Below are positions 21,501 to 34,100 of a stretch of 64,000 nt of DNA, in pieces (the stretch's first letter is position 1; each line of letters begins with the position of its first letter). The position numbers were made by a program, and so were the translations under genes. The notes below the pieces were generated by a model. That model was not told the origin of the DNA and did not search any database. It saw nothing but the letters and a program-made list of their open reading frames with translations. The stretch lies in contig DF237458.1 in assembly GCA_000708835.1 (NCBI GenBank), positions 3,210-67,209 of the forward strand, read 5' to 3'. Source of the stretch: Klebsormidium nitens (Eukaryota > Plantae > Klebsormidiophyceae).

Positions 21501-24340
21501 GCTTGTCGTCTGGCTGCGAGTCAATGAAAGTCTGCAAAACGGTTGGATGGTCAGCCCTCTACCGACAAGCCTTTGCTCGAAGGGCATGCTCTGAAGTCTT
21601 CCATATCGCACTAGCTGCAGCGATGCAAAGTGGCCCGTCAAGCTGTTCACTTTGTCCAATCTTCTGGAATCTGTTAGGACAGGAGCGACTGTGCAGCTGC
21701 AGACATATTGAACGGATGCTAAATTCTGATCTGCCAGCGCCCTTCCGAGCTGTCTCCACCTTTGGATTGAAAGAGAGCACCTGCTTTCTTTTCGCAGCCA
21801 ACATGATAAGAAGGTTCTAGCATTTGACCCAAGGTGTCCTTTTGTTTGCAGGCCTGGTGACAGCGGCCTTCTTTGACGCTCCTATGTACGTGACGAGTAT
21901 CACTGCGGTACGCACCGCTGCAACTCGGTTGACGGTATTTCGTTGATTTCGTCGGGCATCACGTTCGCTGCGTTGAGTACAGCTCTCATCATTGCAGCAG
22001 TCAGAGTGTGGTGATGCAGCAGAAACTAATGAACGAAGCACTTAAATTTCAGGCGCTCTAACAAGCGAAGATCCAGTGTCGATCCAAATCCCTCTAACGT
22101 ATTCGAGTTTTGGTTGGAGGTTTTATCCTCTGATTTTTAATCCTTTGCGCCGTCATCCTGCTAACCTCTGGCTGTACAGCGTTGCCCTTCTCTCTTTCTT
22201 TTCACTGATCCCGTCTCCCGATCTCACCGCGGTCCCCCCGCTCCTTCCTCCTGCGGTCTTTACGTCGTTGCACGAAAGTGGACGATAACTTGGTTCATCC
22301 CGCGTGCGCAGCTCAAGAGCTACGTGCTGGTGGGCGACTTCCAGCGCAGCCTGCACTTTCTGGCGTGGGTGGACACGCCCGCCATGGCGCAGCTGCGCGA
22401 GCTCGCTAAGGACTACGCGCCCGCCGCCGTCGCCGCCACCGCCGCGCTCACCGACGGCAAGGCGGTCGCGCTGCTCGCCGCCGACTTCGAGAAGACCATC
22501 CGGGTACGGATCTGTTCAACATGTACGGATCGCATGTTGCGCGCGCACTTGGACGGCGATAAATGCTGCTGAACCCAACCCTGGTGTTCCACGCGAATGT
22601 CCTTCACAAACTCCGTCGGGAAGTTTCTTCTATCTGGAGATTCTGTCGGCGAGCGCTCTTCGGTAATCTGCTCAGCGTTCTGAAGATTGAAGGGAAACAT
22701 GCTTCGCTTAGAGGGTGCTAGCAGAACCGTCTCTGCTCCTACCAGAAGCGTGTCCTGCCAAGCACAAAGTCGGAATTGCCTTACCGTCTAAAAGAGGACT
22801 TGTTGGACCGAGCCTCGGTTGCCGGCCTGGCGCAGGTGTACGAGTACTCCCCGCCCAGCTTGCAGCTGGTGTGCAAGGCCGAGTTTTATACCGGCGCCGG
22901 GATCGCCAAGTGCTTACGAGTCGAGATGACGCAAAACGCCAGGTGCCCGTTCGCCCCTCTCCTGTCCGTTCTAAGATCCTCCTGTGTTTGAATCCTGTGC
23001 AAGCTGGGCTTAGCAGCACGTGCTGTTGAACGAGCGGTTCTTATCCGAAGAGCCCATCTTGTAAGTATGAGAGCCTCAAACTTTAAGGTATCAGAATTTC
23101 AAAATGTTCTTCCACTCAAACAGCTCTACCACATACTTGTAAGCCGCAGGTTTTGTTTTGGGAGGCAAATCCCACTTCCTGTTAATTAAGTGCACGCTTA
23201 GCATCGAAGTTCGGCGTCACGCCGCGTCACGCGGCTGAGACTATGTAATCCCCGTTAGCCTTGACGAAAGCTTCCGGACGTATGCAGGGGTCCCAAACGC
23301 CTTCGAAGCGCGTGCTTGTTTGGTACCCTCGACGGCGCACTGGCAACTCTTGCCCCCTTGGACGAAATGACATTCAAGCGACTCCAGGTGAGTCTGCTGA
23401 GAACGAGTACAAGCCGCAATCTCCCACTGTTGTTAAGCCCAGGTCTGTAGCGCTCGGGTTGTGCAAAGGGTCGGCTTCTGAGGTCTAGCTATATCGCCGT
23501 TAAGGCCTGTCGAGGACTGTCTTTCAATGTAAGATTTTCATCGTATGCTACGCCATGCTGCGCCAATCCAGTCAACATGAGATCACGTATGCTTGAGTAC
23601 GTTTCCCAAATCTCCATCCCTTTCGTGAGCTTGGCGTTGAGTGCATTCGGCCGCCTCTGAAAAGCCAACCCTGCTTGCCAGGCTCTTTCTCGGCGGTTGA
23701 GCGAGACGCTTGACCACGTGGCTGGGCTTCATCCGCGCGCATTTCGCAAGGTCACCGACCGCTGCTCGACAAGGGTGCCACCGCCGGAGACTGTGGCAGA
23801 CCTGGACGCCTTGTTTGAGTACGTCCTCCAATCTCTGCCCTGAAAAGACTGTGTCGGTCAACTTTATTGCTCTTCTTGTATCTGATGCTGTATAAACCGG
23901 TTGCGTCACATCGCTTGCTTGCGAAGTCGCACTGTTGTGCATCGCATTGTCGCAAAAGTAGTGGGAACGTCAAAAACAGGGTAGAGTAGTAGAGTGGCTC
24001 AAGAACCTTTGTGTCTTTGTCACCATGTGTGTTCATCATTTTGAACTCAGCGGTCAGCCGTTTCCGGGCTTCCTTTGGCATCAGAATCTTAGCACCTGCT
24101 TTAGATCAAGCCATCCGAGCGCAAGCAACTCGCCGCTTGATGCCAATGCCTCCCGACTCTTGGTTTGCCCATGTAAAACATGGCACATGGTCTAATCGAA
24201 TCATTTATGTTTGCAAATGCAGGTTTGAGATGCTTTCTCAGGTAGAGCAAGCTACTCTTGCACGTCAAATTGGAACTACTCAAGAGAGGATTCTGGCGGA
24301 TATGAATGACTTGCGTCTTGGATTGACAGTCATCACATAG
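9598..24340 (+). CDS. CPSF160: Cleavage and polyadenylation specificity factor 160-kDa subunit (CPSF160/CPSF1), ~26 exons
   Basis: Exons read by eye: 9598-9621, 10470-10658, 11047-11162, 11429-11584, 12101-12254, 12856-12985, 13314-13554, 13968-14152, 14548-14719, 15227-15346, 15659-15802, 16150-16347, 16758-16855, 17449-18409, 18741-18821, 19143-19208, 19453-19530, 19751-19882, 20282-20377, 20805-20930, 21334-21451, 21852-21907, 22312-22503, 22836-22942, 23288-23387, 23682-23818, 24223-24340. Motifs match plant CPSF160 as I recall it: MSFSAFTTLLPPTGVDHC, ANILEVY, DAKLSVV, FPRGPLVRADPQGRC, VKDIVFLHGYLEP, LGSRLGDS, CSGHAKNGAL, FGTLDG, HVAGLHPRAFR, QIGTT. Confidence 0.95.
15814..15852 (+). repeat. 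13-bp tandem repeat x3 in a CPSF160 intron
   Basis: acacaaagtgccc ggacaaagtgccc agataaagtgccc, starting about 11 nt after the splice donor. Confidence 0.85.
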
Positions 24341-25708
24341 CGAGTGATGAAGGTCTCGTCCTAGCAATAGCCGCTGTTGAATCAAGTCAATTGTGGTCGG
24401 TTGATCAGACATTCCACTGGTTGTGATCGAAGACGTGACAATCTCACATTTGCCAGTGGCAGAGTGTCGCACTATAATCATATCATGAACTTCGAAGGAA
24501 TTCGAGTTTCGAAAAACAAAGCTTGCCGGTGATTTGTTGGTAGGGTTGCGGGCCAGCAATGATTGACCGGCGACATCATTGCGCTCGTCGTATCACTGTC
24601 AAATTCCATCTGCCGAGTATCCAGTTACCCAGTATATTCAAGGTGACGCCATCACTAGCTGCGGGCGGCCCGGTGCATGCTGCATGCATACATGTCTGTG
24701 ACGGTTTAATTAACCAAAAGCATACTTTAAATAATGTGACGTAATCATGTCGCGATTATGTCAGGAGCTGCCCGGCTAGCCACTGCGCCGCGGCGCCGCG
24801 AGCAGGCCCTTGATCATGCATTTGCATCATATAGTATATGGCATGGGCCGCATGGTTCTGATCGGATTGCCGCCGCGCCCGCCGGCTGATTAATCAACGT
24901 ACTGCATATGCAAGCATGGATCCTCGATTCGATCATATATGTGGCACATAATCGGTTCAAGTGAAATCTACTAAAGCAGTTCTTAAAAATAGGACTACCC
25001 GGGCCATCACACATATGGCATGCATGCTTTGTTTCTCCAACAATCATTGAATTAGATTGAGAAAATCATATGATGTTGTCATGATTATAAGCTGGATACA
25101 TACATACGTACATATACCGACATACTTCTTTATCATATCGTGCGACATATATATATATAGCAGGCAATTCCGTTTGTGAACATGAATAGAAGGAAAGGAT
25201 ACTTTTGACTTTGTCGAGCCCTTAATATCCTTGATACTTGCACTCAAATCGACGTTACAATGACCGGACTACAATGACGTATACTCATCGATATAAGCTA
25301 GCCAGAAAGACGTACCTTATAGTAGTAGACAGTTCTCAATGACTATTTTGAACACGCTCACACGGTGGCGTATTGGCGAGAGATGATCCGCGACATGTGC
25401 AGCTCTTTGTCAAACCTAGCAAGCTCCTTCAAGCTCCATTGTACAATGTTCCTTTCTTCCTGTCTTCCCGTTGATTATACACGTTGACTGAAGAGTGTAG
25501 AGTGCCGACTTTTTGACTCATTTCACAGACACGCCTGTGTGATTGGACGACTTCCACTCAGGTATCACCTCCGTTTTGCCCGTTTCTGCGTGGCGGCCGG
25601 AGTAACATTACATATGGTCGACTTGAGGCAGAGCGGCTGACATGTTCACTTTGCCTCAGATAATAACAACCCGTTGCGTCCGTTGTCAGCTTCCTTTGTG
25701 CCCACCTG

Positions 25709-28700
25709 TCACGACACCGGGGTCGCAAAACCCCCAGCGCCGAAAACGCTGTCGTATGCCATGCTTATAACCAGGCAGCTGACTATGATTCGCGCAAAGC
25801 CCTTGCGAGCGGCCTCGTCGCCGCCCTTGTCCTTCTCGGCAAGCTCCGGCCCCAAAATGTTCAACAGGGCGCCCGCCGCACAAACCTGCACCGCACATCA
25901 AGAAAGTTACCGTTAACCTAGCATATCCAACCGCTAACGATCGAAGCCTAAAGGCACCGTAATTGGGCAGTGGATTCAGCAAGAACGCATCGAGAATCGC
26001 CGTGAACAAAGCACCCACATCAACGATTCGGGCGCTTTCCATTGGCACAGCTTCAGTTAAGGTCTAGTGAAAGATTTGATACCATGGCTACAAAAGATAC
26101 TTCGTGGATGGTGATAATTTTGGTAGTAACGCACGGCAGATTGTTTCTGCGGACTTGAAAGCTCGCCTTCCAGAGTGCCCTACTTCTCAAAACGGCGGAT
26201 CTTTGCCCTCCGCGAGCTACAGTGCGAACAACAAAGCCAGACTCACCTACATAGAGTTGTTGCGAATCTTCTCAATCGAGAATTCATCGTACAGCTGCTT
26301 AGGTATTTAGATACTCACCTTGACCCCACAGAAGAACGAAGAAGTAAGGAGATAGCGGCTCAACGGCACAATGTACATTCAAGGGAAAGGTTCTCGACTG
26401 CCCGGTACGTACCTGCGTCTGCAGCTCTTTGCCCTCCACCAGCAGGTCCGCGAGCGCGCGCACTGCGTCGCTGTCCCCCCGGATCTTCTGCCGGCTCGCC
26501 ACCTCCCGGCTCACGTTCTGCAACGCCCCGGCTGCGGAGCCGGCAATTGCGGGCTGCGGGCTGCGCAGGAAATGCTCCATGTGAGCGGCTTTTAAAATAC
26601 TCTGGTCTTGTTGTGAATGTACTTATCTAAGATTGGCCACTTAAGATTCTACTTCTTCTCCGCGTAAAATATTCCTCGAAACAAGGCGCAATCCCTCTGT
26701 GTACTTTGCGATTACGTCGAGGTGGTCCTTACTTGATCTCACCACGTATAAGCTGAGGGTGCAGGAAAGAAAAACTCACATATCGGCCGTCTCAAAGTAA
26801 AGTAATCGATCTTGAGAATATTCTCTGACAAGTCTTTAGGTGCGAACGTTAGTCGAACCCGTGCATACACAAGTTGCAGACATTCTTATCAGTTTTCTTC
26901 GAACTCCAAACCTCAAAAAGAAACGCAGTGATCGAAAGAGAGAGAGAGCGAGAACTTGCTGTGCGGACCTTCGGAGGAGCTTGATAAGAGGCGGAATTCC
27001 GTCCTTCCGCCGGATGATGCGGATGGAGTCAACGTCGCTGCTCATATTGTGAAGGGCCCCAACGGCTCGCGTACGAACCTGTAAACAACACGCAGTTCTC
27101 TTGCGTTGATTCGAAAGCAAGCAGTTTGGTCTGATTACATGAGAATATATTAGCGGACGCCCTGTCAGGTTCCTGCAAGCACCCCCCTGGTTCGGATTCT
27201 AGCAGTCATCCAGGTCTGATTGCGGACGCTTGAGTTTCCGTGTCAACGAAGGGTGTCGTAGAAGGTGAAGTAAAACAATTTCTGGGCCGCAACTCTCCAG
27301 CTCGTACAGCAGCTCCCTGATCACGTCGTTTGTCTGGCGATGTCCAACAGCATGAGTCTTGTCCAACAAGGATCTTTCGCAAATTCATTACCGAGCCGCT
27401 CTTTTCCCAGATGGAATGCATGAGTCCTTCCCATTGAAATCGTGGCGTCTCGATGCCTCATGATTCCGCACGCCCTTGCGTCCCAGACCCTTGACACTCA
27501 CCTTGAGGCTGTCCGACGCCAGGAGGGAGATGAGCGGGGGGATGGCGTCCGCTTCCCGCACCACCGTGCGCCCCTTGGCCTGGAAGCACACGCTCTGCAG
27601 CGCGCCGGCCGCGTTCGCCTGGAGGTCCTTGTCGGCAGCGCCCAAAAAGTTGACCTGCAGATTGAGTAAATAAATGTAGAACTCGGCAATATGTCTATGA
27701 ATATTTTCTCAAAGGAGCTCTGGCCGCTCTTGATCCTGGTGGAACGCCAGGCGCGGGCGGCAGCAGCAGAGCGAAAGCCTCTCCCGGAGAATGTTGAAGG
27801 ATACGTTTCTGGCCACCATGCCTAGGTAGTTCCCTACTGGACCCCTGAAGGAAAACTTGAAGCCCAGTTGAAAATCTTGTGCGTATGGCTATTTCGATAG
27901 CCTTGGCGAGAAAACACCTTGGCTCTTAGCAGCACTTAGCATGATGCCGCCTTTCCCTCCGAACCCGTGCGGATCGAGCCCGTTTCACTTGAGAGCTGAG
28001 TCCCTGCAGAAAAGATCAGGAGCCCAGCACCAGCAGCGACCCTAGAGACTGCCCTGGCAGACCATCGAACACTGACGTCAGCATGATGTATGCACACTCA
28101 CCAGTGGCGCAGTCCCCTGGTGCTGCAGCACGACTTCCACATTCTCCCTCTCGTAGCACGCGTTCAGGATGACGTTTGCGCCCTCAGCGGCAATGCGGTT
28201 GTCCACTTTGCCAGGCGCCTGCAGTCGTGTTTGTCACGAGGATGTTCGCTGAATGCATACTCCCTTGTAGAACGATTTTACAGGGAAACAACTATACAAT
28301 CAAACTTAGCACGGCACGGCCTTGCTGAGGGCTGAACGCAACCAACAAAGGCGATGCTTAGCTTTTGAGTTGGCTTCGAGCAGAGCTGGTGGGTGAGGGA
28401 ATTTGCGGACACGCAGAGTACCTTATTCCAACTTCAGGGTGGCTATTGATCCCCGTGCTCTACACACTGCTGACTACAAGTGGTTACCAAGGGCAAGAGT
28501 CGTGAGGACAAGACTGAATCTGCTGAAAAGATCGCAACAAGAAAAGGTGCACCAACAAATCGAATCCTCGTTGACTTTTCCCGATTTGGGACAGAGCCCC
28601 TTACATGACCATAGCGCCACATTACATATGCGCAACGTTTTCAGTGGCTCGAACATGCCAAAATGCTTCCAGATTTTCTACCTGCAGAAAGCGCATGACG

Positions 28701-30059
28701 GCCTGGATCGCCCCTCCGCGCTTCTCGTCCCCTCGCATGGCTAGCCGGTTCGGCTTCTTTCGGGAGAGGATCTTGAGCGCTTTTAATGCTGCGAGTGCCA
28801 GCCCCGGGTGCTGCTCGATGCCTGGGTCCTTGAGGAGCGACACCAGGCGGTCGAGCGAGTCCGCATTCTGACAGGAAAAAGTAGATTGGCGTGTACGCAA
28901 ATAAAAGCTCTTTCACCACTGCAAGGACTAAAAGCCTGTGCTGCTCTCTGCCAGGCCCCCTGCATATATTCACACAAGTCTGTGGTTGTAAGACACTGAA
29001 GTTGTGGCATGGCAGTGGACTTGTGGCATCAACAGTAGTAAGCTGAGCACTTTATGGCTGCCATGGCTCTTTGTGGGTGCTGCTTGGTTCCAGCTTCCTT
29101 TGGAGCTTATCAACTTGAGGAGGTTGCGGAAGCATGGCGTACTGGCCCTGCAAATAATGAGCTTGAGCAGCTTTCGGCTGCCGACGAGCTCTTGCTATTC
29201 AAGCGCCGAGGTTTTGAAACAAAGGGTCACTTTTCAAGCTTAAGAATTCATGAAGGGAGCGTAATCGAGTGAAAGTTCATGTACAACTTGGGTGAACTAT
29301 GTGATGCAGCATATGAGTGGAGACTATGTGCAGCATTGTCATGGGCATCTGAATCTAAGGCAGGCAAGTTCTTAACCTTCTACCTGCTCTGACAAGTGCC
29401 GTTCCAAAATGTAAATGCAAAGTACTCTGAGCCCAGAGGATTTCCTGAGTCTCCTTTGCTGTAATGATTTTGTAATACTGCAAACCGTTTAGCCTGATGG
29501 ATCGTATTGCCGGGCTAAGATAGCCTGGTTTCCTTCACAGGAGCTTTCACTTGCAAGGTATGTGACTTCTCTGCATGCTCAGCTTTTGAACTCAGCTCAA
29601 GCACGAACTGGACAAAACCTCAAAAGTTTTATATCCTTTGCTGAACAAAGTCTGCTTATAGTCCACCACCACCAATACAACAAGAGTATCTGCGAAATGC
29701 TCATTTCCAAATGAAAATTTGGCACCAGTGAGGACGATATTGAGGTGCCACCATCTCCTTCATTCACCCATAACAGCAGTAAGGAATGCTGAACGTGGAT
29801 TTGAGTGAACGAAAAATTCTTAGCCTTGGGCGCCTGTCCACCTGCGGCCACATTTTTAGTTGGGCAATACATTATACTCTGGATGCAAAACTGTTTGCCA
29901 GATCAGAAGTCAGCTCACCTGGTTCCTAAAATTTGGGCTTCGGCCTGGGTCCTCGTTTGCGGCCACAAACGTCTCCAACAGCGCCAGTAATCCTGCGGCA
30001 TTGCTTGGCTGGAGTCGATTTACGCGGACCAAAAACGCGTCAACATCCGTCCACGACAT
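25709..30059 (-). CDS. Armadillo (ARM) repeat protein, ~343 aa, 7 exons (29919-30059, 28682-28867, 28102-28218, 27502-27654, 26969-27078, 26413-26560, 25709-25885)
   Basis: Phase-compatible GT-AG exons. Translation contains repeated ARM H3 helices: LQANAAGALQSV, VRTRAVGALHNMS, IAGSAAGALQNVS, TQVCAAGALLNI, each followed by GIPPLIKLL/AIPPLISLL-type segments. The first exon (MSWTDVDAFLVRV…) is less certain. Confidence 0.85.
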
Positions 30060-31134
30060 GGCGCCTCTCTTGTACCCTGTTACTTCAGTATCTTAAACAT
30101 GGTAGTCTTGCTGTTAAATGCTTGTGAACCTGCAACTCTTTTCTGACTTCAAAGACTACAAGTCTGGTATTTGACAGCCGTGCGACTTTATCGTAGACGC
30201 GAAGCACTCACAGCTTTGGGCCCGCGCTAGAGCAGTGCCCGTCCTGACCACAGTTTCCGCAGCTGTGGAAATGCAGCCAGCTGGAGCCAGGGAGCATCTG
30301 TTCTTCTTGGGAGGCTGGCTAAACGAATTGAGAAGAGCAGAATTCAGCTTGTCTTCTTTGGACCATCGGCAGTCTTTGAAAGCAGCATCCAGGGGGCCAC
30401 GATCAAATTCAAGCTGCCTCCCCGCATCAGGGATCCCGCAATGCAGTCGTCACCACTTTGTGCGACAGGAAAAATGCTGTTGTCAATCAAATGGTTTTCA
30501 GCGAGCTGCAAAGAGCCGGGAGAGACTGAGAAGTGTAAGGATGCCCATGCCCTGAATCTGCCCAAGCTTTATAGCTATGTAATACTGTATAATATCAGTA
30601 TCAAAGTCTCAGCTGCAAAGTGCGTGTGAACGCACGCCTGCGTTGCCGATAGACCACGTCCGTCGATCAGTCCTGGCAAACGTCTGTGAACCGTCGAAAA
30701 GCCTCTTGAGTCTCGCCAGGCCTTTGGAGCTTAGTGCCGGTGGAGAGCTTCCAAGAATGAGAAGCTTGCACAAAAACTTTCCTAGTCTCAAGAGCCGGGC
30801 CTAGCAATGTAGCATTTGGAGCCTACTAGCAGGAGCTCGTTTCGAGCTCCTCACGCCGCAGTGCTTGCGAGAAGCCTGCTCATTGGCAGCTAGGTTCCAA
30901 TTTGGCTGAATATGCAAGAACTGGCTCAAGAAGAGCTATGCTGGAATGATGGTCTGAGAAGAGGCGAGGGTAAAACCCAGCACATTGGAGGGCGGCAAGC
31001 CCTCAACAAGAGAGAGCGGATGTGCAGATCGTCTAGTCCTGTGTTCTAGTCAGTCTTCCCTCAGTTTAAGCAATCCTAGTCAGTCTGAGAAGGCCTAAGG
31101 TAAGCGGGGCTGAAAGGGCCTTTGGACAGCCAAT

Positions 31135-34100
31135 ATGGCCCTCGACGGCAGGCACCGTTGGGTGGCGCAGAAGGTGAGCTCTTCCTCTGTTGACACCAGC
31201 AACTTTCCTCCGCAATTGTCACATGACGAGTGAAGTCAGCTGCTCACATGATTGTTGAGAGCGCACGACCGCCACATTTTTGGGTCCTGATCATCACTGC
31301 TACATCTCCTCGGTGCTAACCAGGCACTTGGAGGCACTTTTGTAGGAGCAAATGAACATGCTGGCACTGCGTGAGGTGCGCCTGAGCATTACACCACTCA
31401 AGGGGCACAGCAGTTTCTCTGCTTGCGGGTGCCTGCCTTTCTTGCGTTGTCCTGATTATGTGGAAGAACATGTTGCTTGCAGCTAATGGAGTCATTCGAG
31501 CTCATTGATTCGAGCATCGCTCTAAGCTTCTTCAGGTGAGCTGCATGCCACCCCTGTGATGGTGATTCAAACTCAGAGCACTTGCAATCTCGTTGTAAGA
31601 GTGGGTCGGTTGAGGGGTTCCAACGCACTGTGCCTGATTATACATACTTGTGAATAGTGTTCAGGCAATTCAGATCAAGCTGGTAGACTGCAAAAGATCA
31701 AGTAAATCCATCTGGGAGCAACTACATCGCTCCAATCAGCAAAACATGGTGCTTCAGCCCTTTGAGATTATGATCACATATGCACGAGGCATTACTAGCA
31801 CCGGTGCTTCCAAACAGGTATTTGGCGAACGCTTGCATTCGACTACGATGAACGCAATAGGATACCAGAGTGAAAGCGAGCAAAGTGCCGTTCTGTGTAG
31901 AAGGTGGTTGAAACCCAGCAACAGCCTACAAAACCGCCACACCACCGTTCCAGGGCCCCATCGAGCTGCATCTATTTGCAGATAGCACCTTTGATATACA
32001 GCCCTCAGGGCCAGACAGTCAGCAGTAACCATCGGCTAATCCTGCTTTGCAGAATCAGCGTTGCAAAATACCAGCCTTTGTATGCAGCTCCACTGAGTCC
32101 AATGCCGCCCAGATGAGCGCCTTCTTTGAGGGCACCGGCCCTCCCAAGATCATCTTCTACTACCAGGTCCCTGAGATGCTGAACGCGGAGGGGGACTTTG
32201 TGCGGCAGGGGGAGATCCCAAAGCTTAGCCTCAACACCTCAGATGTGAGTGGTCGCCCTACTGGGGCACGCCGGTCAGTAGCCTTGGGCAATCAGATGGT
32301 GCTTCGCCAAGTGGCTGTCCTGCTTGCGACTGAAACAGTTGCAAAGTACGAGCTTGAGTACTCTGAGTGCCGACCGTTCTACATTTGCGCATTGTACTTG
32401 TGCAAACTCAGGCAGGCCATACGTTGATGAAGTTCTGCAATCAAGTCGCACAGCTTCTGCAAATCCGAGATTGAGCATTATTGAGCTGGCGTACAAATCA
32501 CGCAGGATGCTCAGGGCCGCTACTTGATTAGAAAAGTGCACACTTGTAATCCTGCAAAAGGAGAGGCCAGAATGAAGGTAGAGAAAAGGACTGCATTGCG
32601 GACTCCTACCGTGGTTTCCTCCCAGAGAATTTTCTGACAGATCTATGTACAATTGTTTCAGGTTGACAGCCTTCGAGGCAAAGCTGTGTACTTTATCCGC
32701 AACTGTCCCAAAGCTGTGGCTGAGAAGACAGTTGAGCAGGATTTACTGGTAAGCTGCCCAACATTTATATTGCCTAAAGACACTGCTCGAGGGCAAGGTG
32801 CGGGTGCTTGCTAATTACCCTCTGAAACCAATGTTTGTGTGACGCGCATAGGGTTTGCTTCTTGACTGCTTCTTGACTGGGTCCAATTGGACCGGACCCA
32901 GTGGACATGCTTTCCTTGCCATCAGCTTCCAACGGGAGCCCCTGAACATCGAGTCTCAAGTGCCCCAAGGCAGAACTAAACCCGTCGCGCCTCTGGGGTA
33001 TGCAGATGGGTGAAATCTGCCGGGGGGCGCTCGAGAGCTTCCGCCAGCTCATTGCTGACGTGTACCTGCCGACGTTCAAGGAGCAGGCGACGTGGGGCAA
33101 GTGCACGGAGGAGAACGTGCAGGAGTTTCTACAGGGCGCGCTCAAGTATGGACAGACGCTGAGCGAGGCGGTCAACAGCCTGCAGGGGGGGGTTGAGCTG
33201 CGCAAGCCCGACAAGAGATACGTGGACGGCATTGAGCTCAAGCCACAGGCGTTCAACAAGGCGGCGGCGGATGCAGAGGTGGCCGAGCATTTCGAGCAGG
33301 TGCGCAGAGTTCCTATCTATCACTAAAAGACTCAGAAGAGAAAGTGCTGAAAGAAAAATGAGACTTGTTTCGAGGTGGCTTACGTATGGACCTCCCTAGG
33401 AGCGGTCACGGTTTTGGCGAACCCTCAAAGAATGTTGATCTTGGGCCCTCTGGAGGAGGTCTAGATGAACCTTAAGGTTTCATTGGAAACGACGCTGAAG
33501 TCATTTCTTCCTCAATCTTGAATAGCCAATGTCAGCTTTGCAAACTGTGCGGAAGCGCACGGCGTGACAGATGGGCTGTTCTCCGCTCGTTGGTAGTTGC
33601 CCAGCGCTTGCGGCTCCTTCCAACAGCATGGGAACGATCTGAGCCGATTGTTTATTGGACCTTCTAAACCGTCACACCCTCACACCCTCCCCATGCACAG
33701 GTGCTGGACGAGTGGTGCACGCAGACGGAGCGGTTGCTGGAGGAGGCGGACGACGGGCGCAAGGACGGCGACATGGCCGGACCGGACACAGAGCTCGAAT
33801 ACTGGCGGCGACGAATGGCCAAGTTCAATTCCATCACCGAGCAGCTCAAGAGCAAGGTGAGAGTGCAAGCTCCGTCATGGGCTTTGAAGCGCGGGCAGCA
33901 AGTGCGGCAAACAATACGGTTAACTCGTCGCTCCTTTACTTCTGGGGTAGTGTTTTGCTTTTCCCGCTGGAGAGGCCCGGTAGACTCCTGGCAGCGCACT
34001 TGGAGGATTTAGGAGCCTCTGGCTTGCCGAAACCTTTGGGCCGTGTCCCGATCGGCTCCAATCCGTTTGCAGGAGTGTAAGCTGGTGATGGGCGTGACGA

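Noticed and set aside
24345-24430. C/D-box snoRNA after the CPSF160 stop (gtgatga)
   Set aside because: No properly placed D box or terminal stem. It is likely ordinary 3' UTR.
29541-29557. Plus-strand micro-exon-like segment (ttcacag|gagctttcacttgcaag|gtatgt) inside the ARM gene's first intron
   Set aside because: It has good splice signals but no partner exons or ORF can be assigned. Such matches occur by chance, so it needs RNA evidence.
31100-31129. 30-nt GT-AG mini-intron in the dynein 5' UTR
   Set aside because: Far shorter than any other intron here and probably below the spliceosomal minimum.
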